This document shows, in pieces, positions 11,812 to 23,499 of a stretch of DNA of 64,000 nt. This DNA comes from Anthoceros angustus (lineage: Eukaryota; Plantae; Anthocerotophyta), in contig MU008159.1 in NCBI GenBank assembly GCA_010909165.1, positions 2,294,001-2,358,000 of the forward strand, in the 5' to 3' direction. The notes beneath the pieces are model-generated. The model made no database searches and was not told where the DNA came from. It worked only from the letters and a program-made list of their open reading frames with translations. Within the stretch, counting starts at the first letter, position 1. Every line of letters starts with the position of its first letter. The translations under genes and the position numbers were made by a program.

Positions 11812-12950
11812 TTTTACAAAACCATTTACAACATCCCAATTGCAAAGGAATTACAACATCTAAGTTTGAGACGTCTCGGTGTGGGTACAAGCGCTTTACA
11901 ACGACTGTTTACAAAACCATTTACAACATCCCAATTGCAAAGGAATTACAACATCTAAGTTTGAGGCGTCTCGGTGTGGGTACAACGCACTTTTACAACG
12001 ACACTTTTACAAAACCATCTACAACATCCCAATTGCAAAGCAATTACAACATCTAAGTTTGAGGCGTCTCGGTGTGGGTACAACGCGCTTTACAACGACT
12101 GTTTACAAAACCATCTACAACATCCCAATTGCAAAAGCAATTACAACATCTAAGTTTGAGAGGCGTCTCGGTGGTACAACGCGCTTTACAACGACTGTTT
12201 ACAAAACCATCTACAACATCCCAATTGCAAAAGCAATTACAACATCTAAGTTTGAGGCGTCTCGGTGGGTACAACGCTTTACAACGGTTTTACAAAACCA
12301 TCTACAACATCCCAATTGCAAAAGCAATTACAACATCTAAGTTTGAGGCGTCTCGGTGGGTACAACGCTTTACAACGACTTTTACAAAACCATCTACAAC
12401 ATCCCAATTGCAAAAGCAATTACAACATCTAAGTTTGAGACGTCTTGTGGGTACAACGCTTTACAACGACTGTTTACAAAACCATCTACAACATCCCAAT
12501 TGCAAAAGCAATTACAACATCTAAGTTTGAGACGTCTCGGTGCGCGCGCTTTACGACTGTTTTACAAAACCATCTACAACATCCCAATTGCAAAAGCAAT
12601 TACAACATCTAAGTTTGAGACGTCTGTGGGTACAACGCTTTACAACGACTGTTTACAAAACCATCTACAACATCCCAATTGCAAAAGCAATTACAACATC
12701 TAAGTTTGAGGCGTCTCTGGGTACAACGCTTTTACACTTTTACAAAACCATCTACAACATCCCAATTGCAAAAGCAATTACAACATCTAAGTTTGAGACG
12801 TCTAACGACTTTTACAAAACCATCTACAACATCCCAATTAAAGCAATTACAACATCTAAGTTTGAATTACAATACAACTGTTTTACAAAACCATCTACAA
12901 CATCCCAATTGCAAGCAATTACAACATTTAAATTACAACGCCTTTTAAGT
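11812..12950 (+). repeat. Tandem array of about 12-13 units of 70-98 bp (CACTA subterminal repeat)
   Basis: ACAAAACCAT...ACAACATCCCAATTGCAAAAGCAATTACAACATCTAAGTTTGAG recurs at about 11816, 11911, 12009, 12105, 12201, 12292, 12384, 12476, 12564, 12655, 12742, 12814 and 12885. Confidence 0.95.
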
Positions 12951-13189
12951 ATTATATATATGTAAAGACTTTAAACAAAAATACATATTATTAATAACAC
13001 AAATATCTATTTTCAGCTTCTTTAAATGGGGCATATTTACAACAAGTGTTTTACAACGTCCTTTGTTGTAAATTTTGTATCTTGCACCTTGTTGTGCATT
13101 AGTGGGACACACGAAATGGAATGCTACTACCAAATGCAAGCGATTCTAAACCCCAAAATGAACACAGATCCTCACACAAATCCACACAT

Positions 13190-13599
13190 TCAACTCACAC
13201 AAACTCACACACACACTCACACAAACCCACACGGGCTCTCACATGTCAGGCTCACAGCTCTCACGCTCATAGGCTCGCTCACAGCTCCTGGCTCTCGCTC
13301 CTGGCTCACAAGCTCTCGCTCACCTCACAAGCTCTCGCTCTCACAGCCTCACAGCTCTCACAAGCTCACAAGCTATCGCTCTCGCTCTCACAAGCTCATA
13401 GGCTCACAGCTCTGCTCTCGCCTCACGTCACAGGCTCACGACTCTCCTCTCAGTCACAGCTCAGACTCTCCCTCTCACAGCTCAAGGCTCAATTTTCAAG
13501 GCTCACAGCTCCTGGCTCACAAGCTCTCACAGTGCTCATAGGCTCTCACCTGCTCACAAGGCTCGCACACACTCTTGCAGGCTCAAACTCACACACACA

Positions 13600-13637
<38 letters not shown>

Positions 13638-13640
13638 TAA
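13190..13640 (+). repeat. Degenerate (G)CTCAC(A) low-complexity tract followed by a (CA)n microsatellite
   Basis: Repeated gctcac/ctctca units at about 13240-13570 and a near-pure CA run at about 13590-13635. Confidence 0.9.
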
Positions 13641-13826
13641 CACACAAACATAGAAGCCATTCCCGGACACACGACTCCCACAAACAAACATGGGGCCATT
13701 CCCCAGACACACACTCACAAACATTGGGGCCATTCCCGGACACACACAAAGGGACATTCCCACAAAAGCCGATGTCGATATCAATTTCTAAGAGTTTCTA
13801 AGGAGCAACTAAAAGAAAGCACCAAA

Positions 13827-16420
13827 CTAGAATTCCTCGCTCCTTGATCTCTTCAAATTGGACTTGATTGAAGCCTCATTTCCTTCCTCTTCATGCTCTT
13901 CACCCTTGATGACTTGAGCTCTTTGGCGTAGTCCGGACCTAGCTTCACAGGCGTTGAGCTTCAAGTTCTGTCGTTCGATGAGAGGCCATGAGATTGAAAA
14001 ACTTTTCCAGCATTTAGAGAGGGATACCTCAACCTCTTCAAATTCTTCCACCTCTTCCATGAGATGGAGTGGTTCAACTTCAACAAGTACTTCATCGAGC
14101 GTTCCACACCGGTCGACCACACTTGGGAGGTTAAGGCTTCCCACCCGAGGCGGAGGCCACACCCGATTCTGCAAGAATCGAATATGTTACCAAGAAGCCG
14201 GTGTTACAACAAAGCAGACTTGAAAGATCTTCTATAAGAACTACGGAGGAGAAAGATCCTCACTTAACCCGGGCTTCAATCTAGGCACCAAATTGTCCAA
14301 AACCAGCCGTCATCATCCACTTGCTTGCGCTCCAATGCCGATTACGGCTCCTATGGCAAATCCAAAAACGAGTTAAAATAGGACAATCAAAACTTGCAAA
14401 GACATCAAATCAAAATCTTACCATCCAAATCATCATCTTTGTAACCAGCATCCTTGAGGTCCCGCCACAATTGTTTGGCACCTATTCTGGGGTTGGAGCC
14501 AAACGCTCCGGATGAGGAAGATTGGCGTCAATATGTTTCAAGTTTTATTATCCAATTTCCGCCTTCTTACAGACCTCATCTCTTGCTCCGTGGGGCGTCT
14601 ACCAAAGAGTTGGTAAAACCGATTTGTAAACTTCACAAACCCACCATTACCAAAGTGGGCATACGGTGGCATCCGAGTTCAACTTCCTCAACATTGCTAT
14701 GCGTTTTGTGACATCTCCATCCCGGCCTTGGCTTTTCATTCTCCACAATGCGATCCCACCGGTCACCGAGATATCACGAGGCTTATACTTAGGTGGATGA
14801 TTACCCTCAAGAAATTGTCTTGCGCATCTTGCAAGATTGTTCTTCCAATTGCGCAACATGGTGTTGAACATTTGGTCACACACATGAGCCATGCTCCAAA
14901 TCCCACCAACATCTCTTGAATGGCTGCCTCCACAATTGCTTGTGTCTCTAGTTTCTCTCCCGGTTGCCAATCAATGGATCCATGAAGTGCCGCATTACCC
15001 ACCTCAACCGAAATTGGAGCACTTCATATCGTATGAATCTTCTTTAATCCAACGACACACATGAGAAGGAAAACATCGAATATGCTTGTACATGCCGTGC
15101 GAGCATGTGGCTGTAAGTGGCATGTATAGGCCACATGCTTGTCTGAACATGCATGCACGGGCATGTACATCCTTGTAGTTAGCCGGGCCACACACACACA
15201 TGTTTAGCTTGAGACCAAAAAAACACACACCTTAGGCTTGAGAGACCAAAGGAGAAACATGGGCGATCAAGGCCACACACACCAGTTTAGGCTTGCGAGA
15301 CCAAAAGAGAAACATGGGCGTCAAGGCCACTGCCGGTTTAGACTTGAGAGACCAAAAGCACACGGGCGATCAAGGCCACACACACACACACTGTTTAGGC
15401 TTGAGAGACCAAAAAGAAACACACACTGTTAGGCTTGAGAGACCAAAGGAGAAACATGGGCGTCAAGGCCACACACCGCCAGTTAGGCTTGCGAGACCAA
15501 AAGAGAAACATGGGCGCCAAGGCCACACACCGCCAGCTTTAGACTTGAGAGACCAAAAAACACGGGCTCAAGGCCACACACGCCTGCTTAGGCTTGAGAG
15601 ACCAAAAAGAAACACGGCCGTCAAGGCCACACGCATGTTTAGGCTTGAGAGACCAAAAGAGAAACATCGGCGGTCAAGGCCACACACTTGGCTTTAGGCT
15701 TGAGACCAAAAAGAAACATCGGATCAAGGCCACACACACTTGCTGTTCGGGGAGAGACCAAAAGAGAAACATTGGGCGATCAAGGCCACACACACGGACA
15801 AGCTTATGAAAGTAAAAGCAAGTCGGTTTCAACTAAAACCAAGAACACACGATTCTAGATGAATGTCCATTGTGGAATGACGTCGTGCATTTGGGCTCCC
15901 TTTAATTCGATTTCTCCTTGGCAATTGCGGCGGATCTCGTCACCGCCATCTCCCTCCTCCACTGGATTTTCCACTTCTTGGCTGCTCCATCAGGCTGCAC
16001 TTCTTCAAAGCTGAACCAACATTGTGGAAGGGTTAGGAGTAGGAGTGGTGGAGGTGGCATGGAGTGGACACCTGGATTGAAGGTGGGTAAGTTTTGAGCC
16101 AGGTGTCACGGACAAGGGAGGAAGCGAGCTTGGCTGCCTTCTTCGCAGCTATCATCTTTCTCAAAAGGTCTGCGTGTGCACATAAGCCACCGGTGGCCCT
16201 TGTTCTCTCATCCAAGACCTAAGAGGAGGTGGTGGTGACTTGAGGCAGTCGGTTCGCTTCTCCACAGGCGGCGGCGAGCTCTTCCACAGGCGCCGCCATG
16301 GGATTAGCGGCGCGCGGTACTCCTCCACGGCATCAGGAGGCGACTGCTCCTCCTCCACGGCATTAGGAGGAGGCTGCTCCTCCTCCACGGCATCGGGAGG
16401 AGGCTGCTCCTCCTCCACGG
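13827..16420 (-). pseudogene. Probable CACTA second ORF (TnpA/Ptta-like), fragmented
   Basis: A series of minus-strand ORFs with acidic or charged composition (EEEQPPP repeats; IDWQPG...AAIQEML; NWKNNLARCARQFLEG...) sits opposite the transposase. The family call rests on position and composition only. Confidence 0.4.
15215..15800 (+). repeat. Tandem minisatellite of about 55-60 bp, roughly 10 copies
   Basis: TTTAGGCTTGAGAGACCAAAAGAGAAACATGGGCG(A)TCAAGGCCACACAC repeated with variation. Confidence 0.9.
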
Positions 16421-16440
16421 CATCGGGAGGAGGCGCTTGT
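16320..16440 (-). repeat. 30-bp coding tandem repeat (about 4 copies, EEEQPPPDAV)
   Basis: CTCCTCCTCCACGGCATC(G/A)GGAGGAGGCTG repeated; matches ORF 16161-16418. Confidence 0.85.
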
Positions 16441-17454
16441 TCTCCACCGCATCAGGCGGTGGCCCGCTTTCCTACCACACACAAGTGAGAAAAGAAAAGC
16501 CATCGTTTAGAGCTCATTATCATCACCGACCCTAGAGCTCGCGTAACTAGTTGAAGGCGTGATTCAAACCTGCGGTGCGATCATTTAACGGACAAAGCCG
16601 TTGATGCACAACTCACATTTCGAGGCGAGCTTGCGGCTTCCGCTCCTTTGAGACGCCCTCCCGCTTCTTTGCCTTCACGGTGGCCCATTTTTTCTGCACG
16701 CTAGGCTTGTCGACAAGCGGAAGCGCTCCTTGGCTTGCGCTGTCTACTAAACCCAACCACCGAGCCGTTAGAGATCCTTCCACCACGGCATCCATGCGTC
16801 CCCACCACTAATGTTGTGGCCAAAAGTCTTGTTTCCTTATCGCGTTACGCATGACAATGCAAACCCAACCGCACTTGCACGGTAGTGCGCACCATCTACA
16901 TTGCAAGGTGGTTGGGGTTAGTAGAAAGGCGCTTAGCAACCTTTGCCCATGAAAGTGCGTGCCTAAAAAGCACCAAGCATAAGAGATTGGGGATGCACAC
17001 AAACCTTCTTGATCCAAGGAATTCAATTTCGTAAGCCCTAATTGTGTTGTAGGTCGGTCGATGCTAACTAAACACGAGCTTGTGTGTAGTCACTAACTAA
17101 ACACCATGTGCCGTTGTTAGAGCTTGTGTGCAGCAATACACAACGTGTCATGCCCGACCAAGATCTCGGCGTGAGAGAGGAGGCGGACTCAACATGTGCT
17201 GCCACCTAAGCAAAGTCGAGCAATCTCTCGATCAAGCAATCCTTGAAGCTGCCGCAAAGCCAAGTCGACAATCTTAAGCAAACAAGGTGCAGCGGGCCTT
17301 GTGTGTGTGGATGGACGTCAAATTCCGCTCGTGCTTCTTCTTCCGCTTTACAAAGCCTTCCCACTTCTCATGGCCTTCCGCTTCTAAAATGTGCGAGGCA
17401 TGGTTGGCTTCCGCTTCTCTCAAACACATAGACTCTCAATTATAATACACACTC

Positions 17455-17730
17455 TCACACCCCGATGGCGGTGCATGGCCTCAATTACACTACATCTGAA
17501 GCTCCCCACTCGTCACACATCCCGATGGCAAGCCCGGCTCTCACACACCCCGATGGCCCCATGGCCTCAATTACACTAGCTACACAAGCTCCCCACCTCA
17601 CACACCCCGATGGCGGGCATGGCCCCAATTACACTAGCTACACAAGCTCCCCACCTCACATACCCGATGGCAAGCCGCATGGCCTCAAGTACACTAGCCG
17701 CAAGCTCCCCACGTCACACACCCATGGCAA
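17455..17730 (+). repeat. Tandem repeat of about 58-60 bp, about 5 copies
   Basis: CCCGATGGC...CATGGCCTCAATTACACTAGCTACACAAGCTCCCCACCTCACAC at about 17461, 17548, 17607 and 17663. Confidence 0.85.
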
Positions 17731-17844
17731 GTTCTCACACACCCAGGGCAATCGACATACAGGCTCTCAACACATACGTCCGTATGTAAACATCTACTTG
17801 TCAGACATGAACCCGCCTTTATATCGTGTGTGTGCAAGCATGTT

Positions 17845-19072
17845 CCTTGGACAAGATCTTGCATGCATTGCACCCGCCTCACACCATGTGCACTGCGTCA
17901 CCTACCTCGTGCACCTGCAGGTGCTGGTGAGTTTGTATGAAACGACTTTGGAAACTACTATTTGCAACGCGCTCCGTTGTTAAGTCGGAAACGATTACCA
18001 TTTACAACACACTCCGTTGTAAAATTAGAAACTATTACTATTTACAACGTTCAGTTCACTTTTACGTTCTAAAACTAGTAGGTAAAAGTGGTACACATAT
18101 GGAACTGCACAAAAGGAAACTAAGAGACCCCTCTCTTCTATCGTGCGGCTCTTCTTCTCAAGAAAGGTCGGCCACGCGGAGGATCGATGTCATGCGCGAT
18201 CCCCTACATTCTTGTGTACATACGTATCTCTGATTCACCTTAGTTCATGGTAGGCAAAGAAAGATGCTCACCTCACTGGTGCCCAAGGTGGATCGAAATG
18301 GCTATGGAAATTTGTGCATGTTCCGAGGGGTGGTGCTTTTTGAACATATGGTTGGAAAGAGGAGGTCATCACGGTAATTGTGGTGTTGAGAACATTGCGT
18401 CGATTTTCTTGTAATTAGAAATTCATAATAACACGCCAAAATGGGGCAAAAAGGCCGCCTTGGACAAGATCTTGCATGCATTGCACCCGCCTCACCGCCA
18501 TGTGCACTGCGTCACCTACCTCGTGCACTGGGTGAGTTTGTATGAAACGACTTTGAAACTACTATTTGCAACGCGCTCCGTTGTTAAGTCGGAAACGATT
18601 ACCATTTACAACACACTCAAAATTAGAAACTATTACTATTTACAACGCGTTCACTTTTACGTTCTAAAATCTCTAGTAGGTAAAAGTGGTACACATATGG
18701 AACCGCACAAAAGGAAACTAAGAGACCCTCTCTTCACCGCGGCTGACTCTCGTTCTCGAAGAAAGGTCGGCCACGGGCGCTTAGGATCGTGTCATGCGCA
18801 CAAACCGATCCCCTACATTCTTGTGTACATACGTATCTGATTCACCTTAGTTCATGGTAGGCAAAGAAAGATGCTCACCTCACTGGTGCCCAAGGTGGAT
18901 CGAAATGGCTATGGAAATTTGTGCATGTTCAGAGGGTGGTGCTTTTTGAACATATGGTTGGAAAGAGGAGGTCATCACGGTAATTGTGGTGTTGAGAACA
19001 TTGTCGATTTTCTTGTAATTAGAAATTCATAATAATGAAAAACGCCAAAATGGGGCAAAAAGGCAGCCGCCT
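17845..19072 (+). repeat. Direct tandem duplication of about 613 bp
   Basis: CCTTGGACAAGATCTTGCATGC at 17845 and 18458; the copies are collinear. Confidence 0.92.
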
Positions 19073-19274
19073 TCGGGTTAAGCATGCTCGGCTCCACGGC
19101 TTGCACTGTGCAAAAGTTCTCGGCTTCCGGTGGCGAACACTTCCGAGGCTTAGTTGAGAAAACTAGATTGCAAACTAGCCGGTGGAGTGGAGCCGGTGGC
19201 GGCTAACGACGAATCCCGCCCTCGAGAACCAAGTAATAAACTTCGGGTGAGGTTTAGGCGCTGGGCTGTCAGTA

Positions 19275-19640
19275 CACATACTCCGTGATGCTCGCACGTA
19301 TTCACATCCCATCGTAACAATCCCTTCATAATCACGCCGCAATGTGCGACTTTATGTACTTGTTCCAACTCGACAACTCAATTTGGAGCGGGTAGACATT
19401 TCTACCATGGGACAATGCACATCAGCCATGTCATTGACCACCGTTGCAAACTCAAACACTTTTATCCTCCTTGATACTCCAAAGCGGTGGCAAATAGCTC
19501 GTCATCCCGATCAAACTCAATCGGACACAATATTGGAGGAGTGGAAGAGGTCCCCATGCCGCAACTCTGCAATTACCCGGCGGGCGTGTGAAAGCATATG
19601 AGTGATGAGGTTTTGATGGTGACCCATGCAAGCCTACAAA
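19275..19640 (-). pseudogene. COP1: COP1 E3 ligase fragment (start of the WD40 region), frameshifted
   Basis: Minus strand stitched: AFTR...RVIAELRHGDLFHSSNIVS-IEFDRDDELFATA-GVSRRIKVFEFATVVNDMADVHCPMVEMSTRSKLSC-SWNKYIKSHIA-DYEGIVT-WDVNT-SITEY. This closely matches plant COP1 as I recall it (RVIAEIRHGDIFHSANIVSSIEFDRDDELFATAGVSR...). Confidence 0.92.
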
Positions 19641-22109
19641 TAAAGCTTTAATGCTTCTTTCCTTTTGAGGGAAACCATTGGCATGAAAATGGCATGATAT
19701 GACAACGGAGTGCTTGAGCACAGGGCTGCTTAGCGTAGTGTGCTCCTCGGAGATATTTTGATGGCAGATAGAGGGATTGTATGGAGCGTAGCTATGTTGT
19801 CCCTTAGGTGCTTTCAAGGCTATTGCTTGGGACTAGTGCCCCTTTAATGTGTAAAAGATCCAGTGGGAATGAATAGAATAAGGGCTAATGGGGCAATGCT
19901 TCCTCGGCCATCCACTTCGAGCCCGAGTCTTAAAACCTCTGATTCGCCCCTCCTTAAATGGTGCTGCTAAAGAATTTATGTCTTCTTGGCACTCATCATC
20001 ATGCCAGTTGTTGATGTTGCCAGTACAGCAAGCGGGCTAGGCAGTACCTAATGAGAGTTCAATCCTCGATCGCACACGAGCATTTCGAGGTTCCGCACCG
20101 CCCACACTCACTACCTTTGCGAGGGCGGTTGAAAGACCCACATATGGTTTCTTTGACGCCATGGAGTTTGAGAGTAAGGGGCTCCTTGGGGGCTGTCACT
20201 TTGTTCCTGTTTCCAGTAGAACTCTGCATACACTATAGTTCTATAGCTGATCCGTTCCCAAGTCTGAGCGGCTCAAAGTGAGCACACTTTGATTGTGTTT
20301 GTCCATTGATTGTGAACTCGGTTGTAAACTCCGATTGTGTTAAGCGGCGGCCGTCAAGTGCGTTTTGAGTGATGGCGACAACTGGCGGCGCCGGCCGAGA
20401 ACCATCCGGAGGTGATGGCAACCGACAACTGGCGGCGCCGTGGCCGAGGACCTTCCGAGGTGGATCCCGTCGGAGGAGATGCGTGATGAAGAGGAGGTGA
20501 TGCACATGGTGTCAAACTTTGACCCTTGTGACAAGGGTTGTGTAACATTGCGTCCGCTTCCTAGCCTTCCTCGGAGAAAGAGAAGGGTCCCACCCTTCCG
20601 GATGGAACTCGTCCTTGTTTTTGGTCACATGCTTCCACGCTGCGCCTTCAGCTATCATCACGATTGGTACTACTCTCGATCCGGGGTCTCCAAGGGCTTA
20701 CTTTTGTGAAGAAAGCGGAACTGGATGACTCGACTTGTGAGAAATCTGATCTTGTGCCCAGAACCTAATCATCTCCTTCTATCGTAAGTGTAAAAGTCTG
20801 TGAGTGATCTGTTTCTTTGCATGATAAATGCTAATAAGGTAGATTTTTGTTTCAGGGGCTCTGAAAGTTTTTAATCGGCATCACGAATGGAGCACAGACG
20901 GAGCCACCTTCTGCTTTTGTGAAGACTATGCTCCTGATACGGACCAGGAGCCGGATCTGAGTGATAATGAACTCATCACAAATGTGGTTTCTGTAGTCTA
21001 CCCAAGTCATGCGAGGTTGGCAAAGACGATCGCCTATCGACCGATGTAAAAAGAGCTTTTGATATAAAGTTGCTCACACATTTCACAATCTTGAGTCCCA
21101 CGCAAATAAGGAAAGGCTTGCGCCAGTAAGCTAAGGCTATATCAATAGCACACTACGGTGCTTTGCAACGAATGCTTTGCAATTGCCCAAATCGCAACGC
21201 TAGCTAGCGCTTTGGACCATTGCTGCACTGTAAGAGGCCAAGCTGCTTTTCGGTTTTGCATCGATCGTAGAGGCCAAGCCTTCCATTGTGCGTGGCGAGG
21301 GCCTTCTCATAGCAAGGGTCACACCATCCGCGATGCTAGATAGCTACAAGTCCGCTGCGTCGGTGCTCTTGCAAAGCGTTTTCAGAGTATTGTCAAAGTT
21401 GCATGCAATTGCTCATGATTAGAATTGGCTGCTGCGAGTGCGTTGATAAGAGTGCGTTGCAAATTTCCCAAACCGATTTGCAACGCCTCGTGTTGTAAAG
21501 CGATTTGGATCGACCGCCTAACAAGCACCGACTGTAAGAGGCCTTTCTCTTGTCCCAGCTACTAACCATCCACTACATAGCCAGAAGGGCCTTCCATCGT
21601 GCGTAGCGAGGGCCTTCTAGTAGCAAGGGTCAATAAAAAAACCTGGTGCACACCTAAATCTGACCATCCGCTGGATGCTAGATAGCTACAAGTCCGTTGC
21701 AGCAGGTCTATGCTCTTTGTAAAGCGTTTTCAGAGTATCGCGTTATCGAAGTTGCATGGAATTGCTCTAGATTAGAATTGGCTCGATTTATGCGGATTTA
21801 CGCTCGGTCACGGAGGTTGAGCGAGGGGCCGGAGCACTTCATCGAAGGTAGCCTGCACTTTCCAACGTGCTCGGTGAAGGCAGGGCAAGTGTTGTCGAGC
21901 TTAAGCTAACCCACGATCATTGTTGAGGGTAGGTCCTTATGGATCGCTCGTAGATTTAAGCGCCCAAATATCCAATATATTTTCCAAAATGTTGGTGCAA
22001 AGAGTGCAAGGCGAGTTCGTGAGCTAACCAAAATCGTAAACATTTGCGCAAGAATGGACCTTACCTCCACGAATGAAGTCCCGGTGGAGAACCGCAAGGA
22101 GATGAAGAA

Positions 22110-22200
22110 CGAGGAGGAGAAGGAGGACGAGGAGGAGGAGAAGAACAACGAGGAGGAGAAGGAGGACGAGGAGAAGGAGGAGGAGGAGAGAAGGAGGAGA
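22110..22200 (+). repeat. (GAG/GAA/AAG)n purine-rich trinucleotide tract
   Basis: gaggaggagaaggaggacgaggaggaggagaagaac... repeated. Confidence 0.85.
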
Positions 22201-23499
22201 AGAAATAGCGAACAAGGAGAACCACCCGTAGCCTGGCGTGAGTTGCAATCCTTTTCTTCTATGCTAGGAAATAAACTAATGAAGTAATTATGGAGCCCTT
22301 TTCTTCTATGCTAGAAAATACAATAATAAAGCAATTATATAATATTATCTATAGAATAATTACGATGTGGCATACTAATTGTGGTAAGTATGTTTCTCTT
22401 GTTATATTAAAGGTAGTTTAATTATTCATATGTGTAATTATGGTTGTTTTTTTATAGTTGGAAGGAGTTTATTTTGTTTGCATGTTATAACAAGTATGAG
22501 CGTAGGAGTGGACACATGGCTTTGCGGTGTAGGAAAACCTTTGGATGGAAAGGCGGGACCGCGGACCCTTTATTGCACCTCCTTATCATCCAAAAGAGGG
22601 GAAGATCCAAAGTCTCATGATGCTATTGTTTTATACAAGCATCTTTTGAAAGGCGTGTACCCTAGAGAATGGGGAATGTGGGAGAAGGGACCTATTCCTA
22701 TTAACAAGTCATTTCTATATTGGGGCGAAGGTGGATAGTGAAGGAGGCAACAAACCCAGCCATGGGGTTGGGTTTATTTTCCATGGAGAAAATCGTAGTG
22801 AGAAAAGATAATGTGAATGGAGTTCCTTTGTTTGTGTTTGGGGTCCAAAGTATACAGGAGAATATAACAAGATAGTGAACTACAACAGTTACCGATTTAA
22901 GTATGCATTGACTTTCAATAGACTCGCGTAAAGATGTTAATGATGGCCCAATTGAGTACCTCGATGGGCATGTTGCATATGGAATGTGGCGGGATATATG
23001 AATAGTAGTAGTGGAAATATCGCAATCAAGCAAAATTGCATTTGGGAAGAAAGGTCGGATGGGCATGAGCTACTAAGTGGCGACCATCTTGATTGGATTT
23101 GCACTTGGGCGTGAGGACCATTAATGCTGGGAAGAGTTGTTTGTTGATTACAATTGGTATAACCCGAACCATTTGAAGCCAAAAGGAAGGCCGTGCGGGA
23201 AGAGTACATAGACACATTAAATTACGACGATGGAGTGGAAGAAATTGAAGGCAAAGTTGATGCACGAGGATGTGGAATAGTTTTTGTTGTAGGATGTAGA
23301 AGAGTTGATGTTGAGGGTCTTGTACCTTGTGTATATTGACTATATCGCAACAAAACAATTAGTATATCTCTGACTTGACTTCTTAACCTTTTAGTTTTGC
23401 ATGTTGTTCAATATTTTCCTTAATAATAGTGGTTATACTAAAGTTATTAAATTATAATATAATTATTCTATATAGTACTACAATATTTTATATACTTAT

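Noticed and set aside
11812-12950. CRISPR-like regular array
   Set aside because: Units are full tandem repeats with no unique spacers, there are no cas genes, and the context is a eukaryotic TE.
11879-12965. Overlapping 90-150-aa ORFs
   Set aside because: They are by-products of the tandem repeat, with repetitive translations in several frames.
13026-13801. Long His/Ser/Leu-rich ORFs (171 and 226 aa)
   Set aside because: They are translations of the CTCAC/CA low-complexity tract.
15215-15800. Second CRISPR-like array
   Set aside because: The variable parts are short CA-rich variants of one another, not unique spacers.
19075-19130. EPSML as a further COP1 exon
   Set aside because: It is only a five-residue match, and the adjacent RAWSVDFS and VSGSDD motifs are not recoverable.
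19275-19640. SPA-family identity for the WD40 fragment
   Set aside because: IVSSIEFDRDDELFATAGVS and STRSKLSC are COP1-type; SPA proteins differ at these positions.
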